DNA of 64,000 nucleotides from an uncultured Methanolobus sp. (GCA_963675495.1 OY776215.1:2432001-2496000); one strand, 5' to 3'; numbered from the stretch's first letter, positions 42,148-51,926 are shown. Made by a program: numbers and translations. Notes: generated by a model not told the origin, from the letters alone.

Positions 42148-42800
42148 TTATACTAAAGCATCAATAACCTCACAAGTATCATACAGTTCTAGAATAGGTG
42201 AAGGGTCAATCATAATCTGTGAAGGAGAAAGGGAAAAAGTTCCCCACTTATCTTTTTTTAGGGTATCGACTTTGATAAGAAGAGGATTATCATCCTCGTC
42301 TTTAACTGTTTCTACTATAGGATGGCCACCATTCTGTCACTGTAGCGGTCGTCTATGAGGTCCATGGACTGCATGTTAAGATATGCGTTCATGTCACGTT
42401 TTGCAAGTTTTGAGAGGATAACAGAGCCTTTCATGTTGGTTTTTGTGCCAAATGCCCGGGAATCGAAGGTATACCATGCTTCGTCCATGACAAAGGTACC
42501 GGACTGCATAGAATCCATCTGTTGAATAGATGTTATGCGAGTATGTGGGAATTCAAGATGATAGTTTGAATAGATCGGTATACCTTGAAGGTAATCACGG
42601 TATGCAATAGCAGTCACTAAGGCGGTTTTGCCTGCTGGAAGGAGTCTACTATCATACGTTCTTGGTCAGGAATATATCGAGGTTTAAACGGCTTCAGGTT
42701 CTTATTACGTTCCTTGAAAGGACGAATGACACCAGAATCTACAAACACATTACCAAATATCTTTTTGAAGCCAACATTAAAGCCTAAATATAAATTAACG
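42148..42800 (-). pseudogene. Frameshifted Zot/inovirus pI-like (FtsK-HerA-related) viral ATPase
   Basis: Stitched frames: ...PDQERMIV/PAGKTALVTAIAY..IYSNY..FVMDEAWYTFDSR..MQSMDLIDDR../..ILELYDTCEVI*; degenerate Walker A, Walker B with DSR, Q..ID.R, and YDT tail. Confidence 0.65.
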
Positions 42801-43006
42801 AGAAGCTCTTTTTCATATTATTAATATCGATAACTTTTTAGTTTTCATTTATTTCTCTTGTCTGAATTTATTTGTTGCATAGTCGAATTTAAAATTTGAG
42901 ATTTCATTTTATACTGGGGCATTTTGTCGTCTATACACGACAAAAAACACATATTTTATCGTTTATACTCGATGGGTATATAAGCAAAAAGACACAATTA
43001 TTATTT

Positions 43007-44332
43007 ATGGACACCAGGGATAAGCTGAAAAGTACTATTATTGACTGGCAGGGGAGGGAGTTACCGCCACTTCAAAGACGTAAATATGAGCTAAATATTG
43101 ATACGCCTCATGTAAATGATATTGTGGGTGTCAGGAGATGTGGTAAAACCTATTACATGTATCAGTTGATGTCTGAATTGCTTGAACAGGGTGTACCAAA
43201 GAACAATATATTGTATTTGAATCTTGATGATGACAGGCTGCAGCCACTTAATGGAGATGAACTTCAACTCCTGATCGAGACATTCAGGGAAATGCAGGAG
43301 ATATCCGAAGACGATCGTTTGTATATTTTCCTGGATGAGATCCAGAACTTTCCTTCATGGGAGAGATGGGTCAAAGGCATCTATGACAGAAAACAAAACG
43401 TGAAGATCGTAATAAGTGGTTCAAATGCATCCCTGCTTTCACAGGATATATCCACACTGCTTACTGGCAGGCATCTAAGCACAAGAATGTTCCCTTTCAG
43501 TTTTCAGGAATATCTGGATTTTCATTCGATAACCTATGATGTGAAAGAACTCCCCTATTCCGAAGACAGAGCAATTATCAAGCGCAAGTTCACAGAATAT
43601 CTTAAAAATGGAGGATTTCCTGAGACTATCGTCTATCCATCTATCCAGCATCGGGAAATATTACAGTCGTATTTCGATGACATCATATATCGTGATATAA
43701 TCTCACGATACGGGATACGTAATCCTATTATCTTCAAGGACCTTGCATTGTTCTGCATATCAAACATCGCAAAACCACATACTTACAATTCTCTCAAACG
43801 GCTGTTTGCTAATTATTCATCTCTCAGTACAGATGCCATAATTAATTATCTTTCATATCTTGAAGATACCTTTTTGCTTTTCAGTATCCGGCATTATGAT
43901 GAATCATTGAAGCAGCAGATGAACAAACCCCGGAAGTTGTATTGCATAGACACAGGTATGATTAACGCAGTCTCCTTCAAACTCACCTCTGACACCGGAA
44001 GATTATACGAAAATCTGGTTTTCATCCAGCTTTTACGCTCTGGTGATGAAATATATTACTGGCAAAATCAGAAAGGACATGAAGTTGATTTTGTAATGAA
44101 GAAAGGACTTGATCCAACCCAATTGATACAGGTATGCTTTGATCTGTCTGACCCCAAAACCAAAGAACGTGAGATAAATGGTCTCCTGGCTGGGATGACG
44201 AATTTTAAGATGAACGAGGGTACTATCATCACTTCAGATGATTTTGGCGAGGAGATTGTTGATGGGAAGAAGGTGAGGTATGTGCCATTGTGGTATTGGT
44301 TGTTGGAAGGGGATGGTGTTTTGGGAGTATAA
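43007..44332 (+). CDS. AAA_14 ATPase with DUF4143 (PD-(D/E)XK) C-terminus (COG1373-like)
   Basis: GVRRCGKT, FLDEIQ, SGS, LTGR, GGFPE, YEN.VF, HEVDF. Confidence 0.9.
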   Translation: MDTRDKLKSTIIDWQGRELPPLQRRKYELNIDTPHVNDIVGVRRCGKTYYMYQLMSELLEQGVPKNNILYLNLDDDRLQPLNGDELQLLIETFREMQEISEDDRLYIFLDEIQNFPSWERWVKGIYDRKQNVKIVISGSNASLLSQDISTLLTGRHLSTRMFPFSFQEYLDFHSITYDVKELPYSEDRAIIKRKFTEYLKNGGFPETIVYPSIQHREILQSYFDDIIYRDIISRYGIRNPIIFKDLALFCISNIAKPHTYNSLKRLFANYSSLSTDAIINYLSYLEDTFLLFSIRHYDESLKQQMNKPRKLYCIDTGMINAVSFKLTSDTGRLYENLVFIQLLRSGDEIYYWQNQKGHEVDFVMKKGLDPTQLIQVCFDLSDPKTKEREINGLLAGMTNFKMNEGTIITSDDFGEEIVDGKKVRYVPLWYWLLEGDGVLGV

Positions 44333-44373
44333 TGTGGCAGATTACATGATCACCACTCTAAAAAAAGAAACAC

Positions 44374-45093
44374 TCAATACGGAATCTCAAGTGCATGGAT
44401 TATTTTTTCAGTGTTCTCGGGGTTGTTGAATATGAGACGGATATTTCCATTTTTGAAATAGTAGAGTCTCATTCTTTCATCAATGTGGGATTGGCCGGGA
44501 TGGATCTTTATTCCTTTTGCTTCGGAGGGAGCTGTGGTGTTCAGGGTTATGTCAACAAGTTTCCCGAGGCTTTCAAGGAAATTGATGGACTGTTCAGGGC
44601 TCTTTAATGCTTTTAATTTAATAACAGTTTTATTCCGTGTTTCCAATACTTCTGAGGAAGGGACATGACTGATAGGTATAAGACGCCTGCAATCGCTTTT
44701 AATTCTTTTTAGAATATGATCGTCGTTCTGGAAATACTCGGTTTTGATATGGTCTGCTATCTTGAAGGCATCATAGGTTTCCAGGTTGTCGATAAATCTA
44801 AGGATACTGTCATAGTCCACAGAGATCATTGGATCATTTTTGCTCTCGATCTGGATTATTTGATTTAAGAAAATCTCCCTGATGTTGTTTATGGCCTGAT
44901 TGAGGTTCACGGAGTCAGTAAAAGGAAACATGAACAGAGACTGCCGACTGGTGGAAGGGATAATACTTCCAAGATGAGTATTGATCTCTCTGATATTGTC
45001 TTTTGTTTCTTTCTGAGCATTGAACAATAGTTCGATCGTTTCGTTCTGCAAGGAATAAGTCGTTGTTCTGAGATCGTTATTGTCTTTGGCCAT
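44374..45093 (-). CDS. Hypothetical protein
   Basis: 239 aa from ATG 45093; C-terminal YYFKNGNIRLIFNNPE. Confidence 0.65.
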   Translation of the reverse strand: MAKDNNDLRTTTYSLQNETIELLFNAQKETKDNIREINTHLGSIIPSTSRQSLFMFPFTDSVNLNQAINNIREIFLNQIIQIESKNDPMISVDYDSILRFIDNLETYDAFKIADHIKTEYFQNDDHILKRIKSDCRRLIPISHVPSSEVLETRNKTVIKLKALKSPEQSINFLESLGKLVDITLNTTAPSEAKGIKIHPGQSHIDERMRLYYFKNGNIRLIFNNPENTEKIIHALEIPY

Positions 45094-45272
45094 CAGGCGT
45101 CCTTTTAGCATTAAAATTATATATATTTTTACTGAAGAACTGATAAGATGCATCCCATCTTTTAAAAGTTGGGGATTATTCTTTTTTACTAAGCGATTAC
45201 GAGAGTTGTTTTTAGATGTGAAAAATGCTTTATCCCATGTATTACATACTTATACATTGAGGAGTGGATTTT

Positions 45273-45737
45273 TTGCAAAGTGAAATGTACAAGAAAATAA
45301 TGATTGCGACCGATGGTTCTGAAAATGCAAGTAAGGCAGCACTTTCCGGAATCGAAATTGCAAAGCTGGCCGGAGCGAAACTTTATGCTTTGAATGTAAT
45401 GCCGATGATACCACATGCCTCTTATTTTGGGGTACCCATAGAACCGCCCAAAAAGGTATCTAAGGATGAGAAAAGTTTGCATGAACATTTTGAAAAAGAT
45501 GGAACAAAGGCACTTGATACCGTGAAGGAGATGGGTTCACAGGCAGGTGTAGAAGTCGAAACAGTAATGGCTGATGGCCATCCTGGGTCAGAGATCATAG
45601 ATTTTGCTGAAAATAACGATATAGATCTTATCGTTATGGGTACATTGGGAAGGACCGGTCTGGACAGAGTTATTCTTGGAAGCGTGGCAACAGATGTCGT
45701 CAGGCACGCAAATACACGGGTTATGATCGTTAAATAA
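45273..45737 (+). CDS. Universal stress protein
   Basis: KKIMIATDGS, DLIVMGTLGRTG...LGSVA. Confidence 0.93.
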   Translation: MQSEMYKKIMIATDGSENASKAALSGIEIAKLAGAKLYALNVMPMIPHASYFGVPIEPPKKVSKDEKSLHEHFEKDGTKALDTVKEMGSQAGVEVETVMADGHPGSEIIDFAENNDIDLIVMGTLGRTGLDRVILGSVATDVVRHANTRVMIVK

Positions 45738-45813
45738 TCTTTCCCTCTTACTTTTTTTGTAATGAGAATTATCAAGCAAGGTTCCTTTCGGGAAAAAATT
45801 AGTCATTTCTAAG

Positions 45814-46001
45814 CTTTTTCTTTTTCTAAGTATCAGCTATTACGATGAATCATTGAAGAAGCAGATGACAAACCATGGAATTTGTATTACATAAATATAG
45901 GTATGGTTAACACAATCTCCTTCAAGATTTTCTACGCCATTGGAAGATTATACGGAAATCTTGTTTTCATCTCGGTTTTAGCTCTGGTGATTGCATATAT
46001 T
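45814..46001 (+). pseudogene. Degenerate copy of part of the AAA_14-DUF4143 gene (matches 43870-44057)
   Basis: Collinear identical blocks GATGAATCATTGAAG, TCTCCTTCAA, GGAAGATTATACG, GCTCTGGTGAT; frameshifted. Confidence 0.85.
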
Positions 46002-46129
46002 GTTTTTATCTCTAAATGGGTACGGTTTGATAGGTTTAGAATCTAGTGTGTTCTTTGTACATACAGGACAGCAATTTCAAATATTTTTAAGAAATAACTT
46101 TGGAATAAAATCCTAAAGACAAGCATCCT

Positions 46130-46348
46130 TTAAACGTATTCTACTCCCCGATAATCTCCACATTTATCACATTTGTAAATCTCCACATTTACAACTGCTG
46201 GATTGAGTTTTTCGTTCATTTTCGAAACCAAACCATTGACTTTTTGCTGGTCTGTTAACATTTTCATCTCATCTGGCTCGATAAATTGACTGTACTTATC
46301 GATTAATTTCATACTTTCACTACATTTTATACACTTTTGCTTTTCCAT
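46130..46348 (-). CDS. Small zinc-ribbon protein
   Basis: CIKC...CDKC; RBS AGGTGG. Confidence 0.65.
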   Translation of the reverse strand: MEKQKCIKCSESMKLIDKYSQFIEPDEMKMLTDQQKVNGLVSKMNEKLNPAVVNVEIYKCDKCGDYRGVEYV

Positions 46349-46543
46349 TCTACCACCTTAATTTTGCTTCTCAGTAACAAATCACGATGATTGTTTATAT
46401 TCATCAGGTTAGCAGGGTGAAAGTATTATTTTTTAATAATTTATGGTTGGAATATCAAAAATGGAGTTATTTGACAAATTATCTTTTATACAGCATAAGG
46501 GCATATATGCATTAAAAAATAATGAATGGGTTAAAATCGGGTC

Positions 46544-48349
46544 GTGACAATGCCATTAAAAGTTATGCAATCTGACATATTAGGATTAACGTCTGGGGAA
46601 AATAGGGTACTCAACAAGCTAAAGACAATTTACAGTACTAAGGAGTACGATGCTTACTTGTACCCTCAACCACTTATTCTCTCTTATAATCCTGATTTTA
46701 TTCTCATAGATCCTTTCAAAGGTGTCTGCATTCTTGAAGTCAAGGACTGGTCACTTTCATATCTTCAATCCATGAACAGGATATCATTTACAGATATAAA
46801 TGGTGAGGAATTACATAATCCTGTCTACCGTGCAAGACAATATTTCAATACTGTAAAGAGTATCCTGCAAACAGAAGAATTCCTTTTGAATGTAAAAAAA
46901 GAACTAAAGTTCAGATTATATTCTAAAGTAATTTTCACAAAAATGAATTCTGTAGAGGTTTCTTCCTTGAAAGATGTAATTTGTCAGCCAGTTACAGAAT
47001 GCATAAGTTCCGATCAATTAACTTCACTTTCTGTCAATACTTTATTTACAGAAGATACTATTTTTCTTGACAAAGGCACAATATCAACCATTAGGGGAAA
47101 AATATTCCCCGAATTACAGATTAAGCGAGTCCAAACTGAAATATGGCAATTCAACAGGGTAAATACTCAGGATAACAGAGTGATTGCTACATTGGACTAT
47201 GAACAGGAACAGTTTGCAAAGAGAATCCCTTATGGTCACTATATGATTACGGGCGTTCCTGGAAGTGGTAAAACCGTTATTTTAGTTGCAAGAGCAATTC
47301 ATCTTTTACGGGAAAATCCTGATTGGAGGATCAGAATACTGACTTATAACGGGCTTTTAGAAAAAAAACTGGAACAGCACTTCGAATCAAAACGCGAAGA
47401 CCTTCATTACATGGGTATAAAGTACGAGAACATAGAGGTATCAACTTTTCATCAAATGGCTCGTGAAATTGCTGCTGCCAATATCACAGGTCAAGAGGAT
47501 AGTTTGTTTTGGAATGTGACTCTTCCATACATTGCGATGGACAAAGCCCAATCAGTTTATGATGCAGTTTTAATAGACGAATATCAGGATTTTCATGATT
47601 CATGGATAAAGCTGTGTTTGAAGATATGTAAGAAACACGAAGATAAGAATGGAGTGATGAGTGAGAATATTTTTCTTGCAGGTGATAGGTTACAGAGTAT
47701 CTATAATCCTAAAACACATAGCTGGAAGAGCCTTGGGGTTAACATTGTAGGTAAATCAAAATTACTCAAAACTTCATATCGTTCAGGTGGTTCACATATT
47801 GATCTTGCAATGAACTATCTGATGCTACACGATGAATTACGAACGGAAGTGGATAAATTTTATGAAGGTAGAGATGGTATTTGCCAGAACTTTGACTCTG
47901 AAAGTTCAGTGAGTTTCTTTACTGGTAATTTCAAGAGAATAAATGATATCCTTCTAGACTTGCTTAATACTAACTATAACCCTGAAGATATCCTTGTTCT
48001 CGGTTCTTCACACATGGGTAACGAAAAGTTGTATCGAAATCTGGATGATTCAATAAAACGTGTGGCAAAAGTTTCTAAAAAATTTGCTGATAACAAATTG
48101 CTGATAACCACTTATCATTCATCAAAAGGTTTAGAAAATAAAGTTTGTATTCTTCTTAATGTTGATAGGTTGGATAATCAACGACTTGTCTACGTGGGTC
48201 TAACAAGAGCATCAGAGAAATTATATATTCATTCTTACAAACAGGAAGGTGGAGAGGTTTTTAATCAACTTCTATCTTGTAGCTGTTCAGATGATGAAGT
48301 AATTCCAGAAGATTCTTCAATTTTATCCACTCAATCTATCACACTTTGA
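46544..48349 (+). CDS. NERD nuclease fused to SF1 (UvrD-like) helicase
   Basis: PDFILIDPFKGVCILEVKDW; GVPGSGKT, DEYQDF, GDRLQSIY, TYHSSKGLE, YVGLTRA. Confidence 0.88.
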   Translation: MTMPLKVMQSDILGLTSGENRVLNKLKTIYSTKEYDAYLYPQPLILSYNPDFILIDPFKGVCILEVKDWSLSYLQSMNRISFTDINGEELHNPVYRARQYFNTVKSILQTEEFLLNVKKELKFRLYSKVIFTKMNSVEVSSLKDVICQPVTECISSDQLTSLSVNTLFTEDTIFLDKGTISTIRGKIFPELQIKRVQTEIWQFNRVNTQDNRVIATLDYEQEQFAKRIPYGHYMITGVPGSGKTVILVARAIHLLRENPDWRIRILTYNGLLEKKLEQHFESKREDLHYMGIKYENIEVSTFHQMAREIAAANITGQEDSLFWNVTLPYIAMDKAQSVYDAVLIDEYQDFHDSWIKLCLKICKKHEDKNGVMSENIFLAGDRLQSIYNPKTHSWKSLGVNIVGKSKLLKTSYRSGGSHIDLAMNYLMLHDELRTEVDKFYEGRDGICQNFDSESSVSFFTGNFKRINDILLDLLNTNYNPEDILVLGSSHMGNEKLYRNLDDSIKRVAKVSKKFADNKLLITTYHSSKGLENKVCILLNVDRLDNQRLVYVGLTRASEKLYIHSYKQEGGEVFNQLLSCSCSDDEVIPEDSSILSTQSITL

Positions 48350-48361
48350 AAATCATCTACT

Positions 48362-48566
48362 TCACTTCTTTCCTCTGTTTCTCTTATCCATGATATAAAC
48401 AACAACACTTTTCCTTACGCCATTCTGTGTTCTTTTATTGATACCAAACAGATTTATCGCTTCAACAAGCTCACCAGGTTTTTCGGGTCAAAATCAGGGC
48501 TGCGTTTGATGAGGTTTCTGTCGACTTCTGTCAGGAAAGCCCATTCATCCTCATCTGCAGGATCTA
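48362..48566 (-). pseudogene. Remnant of OST-HTH/LOTUS C-terminal domain of a NYN (LabA/DUF88) protein
   Basis: ADEDEWAFLTEVDRNLIKRSPDFDPKN/GELVEAINLFGINKR...VVYIMDKR*; resembles DGWA.L.EVG..L.K..PDFDPRNYG.KKL.ELV with YG.KK deleted. Confidence 0.65.
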
Positions 48567-48905
48567 CTTATGATCTTTCCTCAAATTTTTCATTCTTTCA
48601 AGCTCAGCCTCTAGTTCCTGTATCTTCCTCTCGTCGATTCTGTCCGATCTATCTGCAAGTTCCTGGCTTGCCATCTTTGTTGAACTATGCAGCTTATCGA
48701 CTACATTTTTCTCTAGGCACAGCTTCTTTCTCTTTGTTTCACTGATAACGTCACCGACAAAGATCTTGCCTTCTTCTTTGTTGATTCCATGTTTATGGGC
48801 CTTGTTTTTCATGAAATCCCTTACTTTTTCTTGTGACAATGCAGCGAGGCTGGCACCGAGAAGTGCTGCTCCTCCCAGAAGGCTTGCTTTCTTTATTTTA
48901 TCCAT
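48564..48905 (-). CDS. Phasin-like coiled-coil protein
   Basis: MDKIKKASLLGG...ALSQEKV...INKEEGK...IQELEAEL pattern. Confidence 0.5.
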   Translation of the reverse strand: MDKIKKASLLGGAALLGASLAALSQEKVRDFMKNKAHKHGINKEEGKIFVGDVISETKRKKLCLEKNVVDKLHSSTKMASQELADRSDRIDERKIQELEAELERMKNLRKDHK

Positions 48906-49235
48906 ATTAAAACTCCCACATATCTGTATCACTCTATATACTCAAGAACGTTCAAATTATTCCGAACAAAGTTAGCAACTCGATGATCAAACATTGCGTT
49001 AAGGATGCTATAACCCCTGCACCCTTGCTTCACGATAGAATTATTGGAAGTTCAATCTATATTAATACAATGGATGAGGACAGTAATAAAAATATTATAA
49101 GTTCCTTTATGAAAATGGTTATTGAACATAACGGGACTTTTTCGTATCCTACATAGTTATTAACGATGAGCAGAAACAAAATCATTAATTTAGCTCTGCC
49201 AAATTATTTAACGAGTAGTATCATTGTTATTTTGA

Positions 49236-49775
49236 GTGGCTATGAAGGTAAACGATCTTAAGGCAATTCTAAAATTCAGTGTAAAGGAAGAGGCTATTTT
49301 TGGCAGATTTGACCTTCCTAAAGATGCTTTCTATCCAATGATCCTTTCTCTGAAGCTTGGTGGTGCCTGGAGTTACTCCACAGATGACCTTAAAAGCATC
49401 TCAGTTATGAAGGTATTCACTACCTACGATGAAGAAACTAACACAGGCCATACTGTAGAGGAAATATATCTCCTTCTGGATCCGGAATATGTGTCAAAGG
49501 AAGGAACTGTTCACCGGCTGGAAAAATGTGGTGGCAGGGATGAAAGGGCTCTGGTGACGAGGCCATATTCAGTGACATTGAAAGCAAAACGGATAATTCT
49601 TGCATCTGTGAGTACAGAAAAGAAGAAGATATTTATCAAAGAGCTTGATAAAAACACAGTTTCATTCACTGGTCCGTCTGCTTTTTACGCTGCCCATGAG
49701 ATGGAACACTTAGAACATATTGAAATAGATGGACTTCCAATGTGGGCTTTTGAGTATGAAGAATTGAAAGGTTGA
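49236..49775 (+). CDS. Peptide deformylase-like predicted metalloprotein
   Basis: LLDPE...LEKCG...VTRPYSV...AFYAAHEMEHL. Confidence 0.7.
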   Translation: MAMKVNDLKAILKFSVKEEAIFGRFDLPKDAFYPMILSLKLGGAWSYSTDDLKSISVMKVFTTYDEETNTGHTVEEIYLLLDPEYVSKEGTVHRLEKCGGRDERALVTRPYSVTLKAKRIILASVSTEKKKIFIKELDKNTVSFTGPSAFYAAHEMEHLEHIEIDGLPMWAFEYEELKG

Positions 49776-49971
49776 TGGTGCATCTGTAAATACGTACAAA
49801 TCTCTACAAACATCTTTATATGCGTTATACATGCTTAAAAATAAGCAAAAACAGTTATTAAATAAAGTGTTACTAACTACAGGTACTAATTATATCAAAC
49901 CGTGCTGGAACCTGTAAGGGTGCGGAAATTAACACGTTGAACATGTGCTATTGAATAAAAAAGGTGCTAAT

Positions 49972-50988
49972 ATGGGAATGCTAGATGACGTCAAATCAAA
50001 GAAAAAACAGAAAGCTGCTGAAAATTGGATGAAAATGGCTGAATCAGCCAAAACACTTGAAAAGCAAATAGAATACTATACCAAATCACTGGACATAGAT
50101 CCCTATAATGCAGAGGCGTGGTTCAAGAAGGGCAAAGGCCTGGAAAGACTTGGACAGTTTGAGGAAGCTAAAAGATGCCTTGACCTTGCAGTCGAAATTG
50201 ATCCGGACTATCAGGGACTTATTAGCCAAAAATATGAATCAAATGCTTCTCCAGCTCCTCTTGTAGATGATGGTGCAAGTTTTGTTTCATCCCCTTCTGA
50301 ACCAGTCATTGAAGATGAACAGGACACCGGGGAATGGATAGCTGAAACACCGGACACAATCATTACAGAAGAAGAGGAAGAAGTGCTTAAGGAGGATGAA
50401 TATTCTTTCACACCGCCTGTTGGGGAAGAATCGATATTCAGCAATGCAATATCAAATTCAGATGAAGACAATGGCTCTCCTGCAATGATTAGGGAAGAAG
50501 AGGATGATGATGTTTTTGGCAGCAGTCAGGAAGGATCATCTGTAATATCTGAACCCGACATAATTTCGGAAAATGGCCACATGGCTGCTGACGAGGCTTC
50601 TTCATTTGCAACATCTATCTCCTCTGAAGTTGAAGAAGTAGTGGTGAATGAAAGAGAGGACACGTTATCATCCGTTCAGGCATCAACTACCCCGGAAACT
50701 CCTTCATCTTTCAAAGCCGAAGAAAATGTTATTAGCAATAAGGAAACTGTAGTCTCAAAATCAGCTAGTATAAGCTCTCCCTCCGCAGCTATCCCCGGGA
50801 AACCTCAAATGGATAAAATGAAAGCTGGATCACTTCCTTCTTCAAAACCCATCAGTAGTTCAAGGCCAGTTGCAATCTCCAGCTCCGAGATAGTAGATAT
50901 CAGGATACCATTGAATGAAACAATAAAATTCTGGGCAATAGGTATTATTGCAATGCTTATCGTTCTGATAATCTCCTCAATAATTTGA
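49972..50988 (+). CDS. TPR protein with acidic disordered linker and C-terminal TM anchor
   Basis: YTKSLDIDPYNAEAWFKKG TPR; E/S-rich middle; terminal hydrophobic helix. Confidence 0.8.
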   Translation: MGMLDDVKSKKKQKAAENWMKMAESAKTLEKQIEYYTKSLDIDPYNAEAWFKKGKGLERLGQFEEAKRCLDLAVEIDPDYQGLISQKYESNASPAPLVDDGASFVSSPSEPVIEDEQDTGEWIAETPDTIITEEEEEVLKEDEYSFTPPVGEESIFSNAISNSDEDNGSPAMIREEEDDDVFGSSQEGSSVISEPDIISENGHMAADEASSFATSISSEVEEVVVNEREDTLSSVQASTTPETPSSFKAEENVISNKETVVSKSASISSPSAAIPGKPQMDKMKAGSLPSSKPISSSRPVAISSSEIVDIRIPLNETIKFWAIGIIAMLIVLIISSII

Positions 50989-51194
50989 AGATGATCTGGA
51001 AGTTTCAGGAAATTTACTTGGCTGCAGTTATCGAATGATGTAGAGGGTTCAGACATCATTCCTTCTTTTTTAAAAAGTTTGGTAAATTGAATGTTTCCAC
51101 GTAACAAATTACTACTTTGGTGGGAGTCTTCTTCCATTTAGAAATCATTCTAATACTCATCCTTATCTATAATGAAAACAAAACAGTCCCACTG

Positions 51195-51926
51195 ATGTTC
51201 GGACGATTCAGGTGTAATGATAATGTGTTCTACGGTGAGGTGAGTGGCAATACAGTAACTTCACAGGAAGGTGCAGCTGTGGAATATAAACTATCAGAGT
51301 TAGAGGTGCTGCCACCGTCAAATCCATCTAAGGTCGTTTGTGTGGGTCTTAATTATCATGACCATGCAGCTGAGCTCGGTCTTAGCGTTCCCGAAGAGCC
51401 AATACTGTTTATCAAACCACAATCTGCTGTTATTGGTCACAATGGGAAGATACTCTATCCTAAAGTCAGTGAAAGGGTTGACTTTGAAGCAGAGTTGGCT
51501 ATCATTATCGGGAAAAAATGTAAGAATATCACCTATGACCGAGCTTATGATGTTGTTGCTGGTTTTACGTGTTTTAATGATGTGACTGCCCGTGACTTGC
51601 AGCAAAAGGATGGACAGTGGACAAGGGCAAAAAGTTTTGATACCTTTGCGCCTGTAGGTCCTTTCATAGTTCCGGTTGAGGACTTCAATCCGGAAGATGC
51701 TTCAATTGTCACCCGTGTCAATGGTGTCGTAATGCAGGATTCTAATATATCAAAACTGATATTTGATGTACCCTATCTCATAGAATTCATTTCAGGAATA
51801 ATGACACTGGAAGTTGGAGATGTAATTGCAACAGGCACTCCTCCAGGTGTAGGGGAGCTTCACCCCGGTGATATTGTAGAGGTGGAGATAGAAGGAATAG
51901 GGGTTTTGACCAACGAGGTTGTATAA
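51195..51926 (+). CDS. Fumarylacetoacetate hydrolase family protein
   Basis: KVVCVGLNY, DFEAEL, NDVTARD, KSFDTF, TGTPPGVG. Confidence 0.93.
   Translation: MFGRFRCNDNVFYGEVSGNTVTSQEGAAVEYKLSELEVLPPSNPSKVVCVGLNYHDHAAELGLSVPEEPILFIKPQSAVIGHNGKILYPKVSERVDFEAELAIIIGKKCKNITYDRAYDVVAGFTCFNDVTARDLQQKDGQWTRAKSFDTFAPVGPFIVPVEDFNPEDASIVTRVNGVVMQDSNISKLIFDVPYLIEFISGIMTLEVGDVIATGTPPGVGELHPGDIVEVEIEGIGVLTNEVV

Larger units (their letters stand above)
39444..48905. mobile_element. Decayed tRNA-Thr-anchored genomic island / provirus remnant
   Basis: Begins at tRNA 3' end; AT-rich; integrase and pI-like ATPase relics, further pseudogenes, nuclease/helicase cargo; no attR found, so right boundary is approximate. 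Confidence 0.65.

Noticed and set aside
44563-44571. CCCGAGGCT matching the tRNA-Thr 3' end as a possible attR
   Set aside because: Only 9 bp and inside an intact ORF; expected by chance. No longer att repeat was seen by eye.
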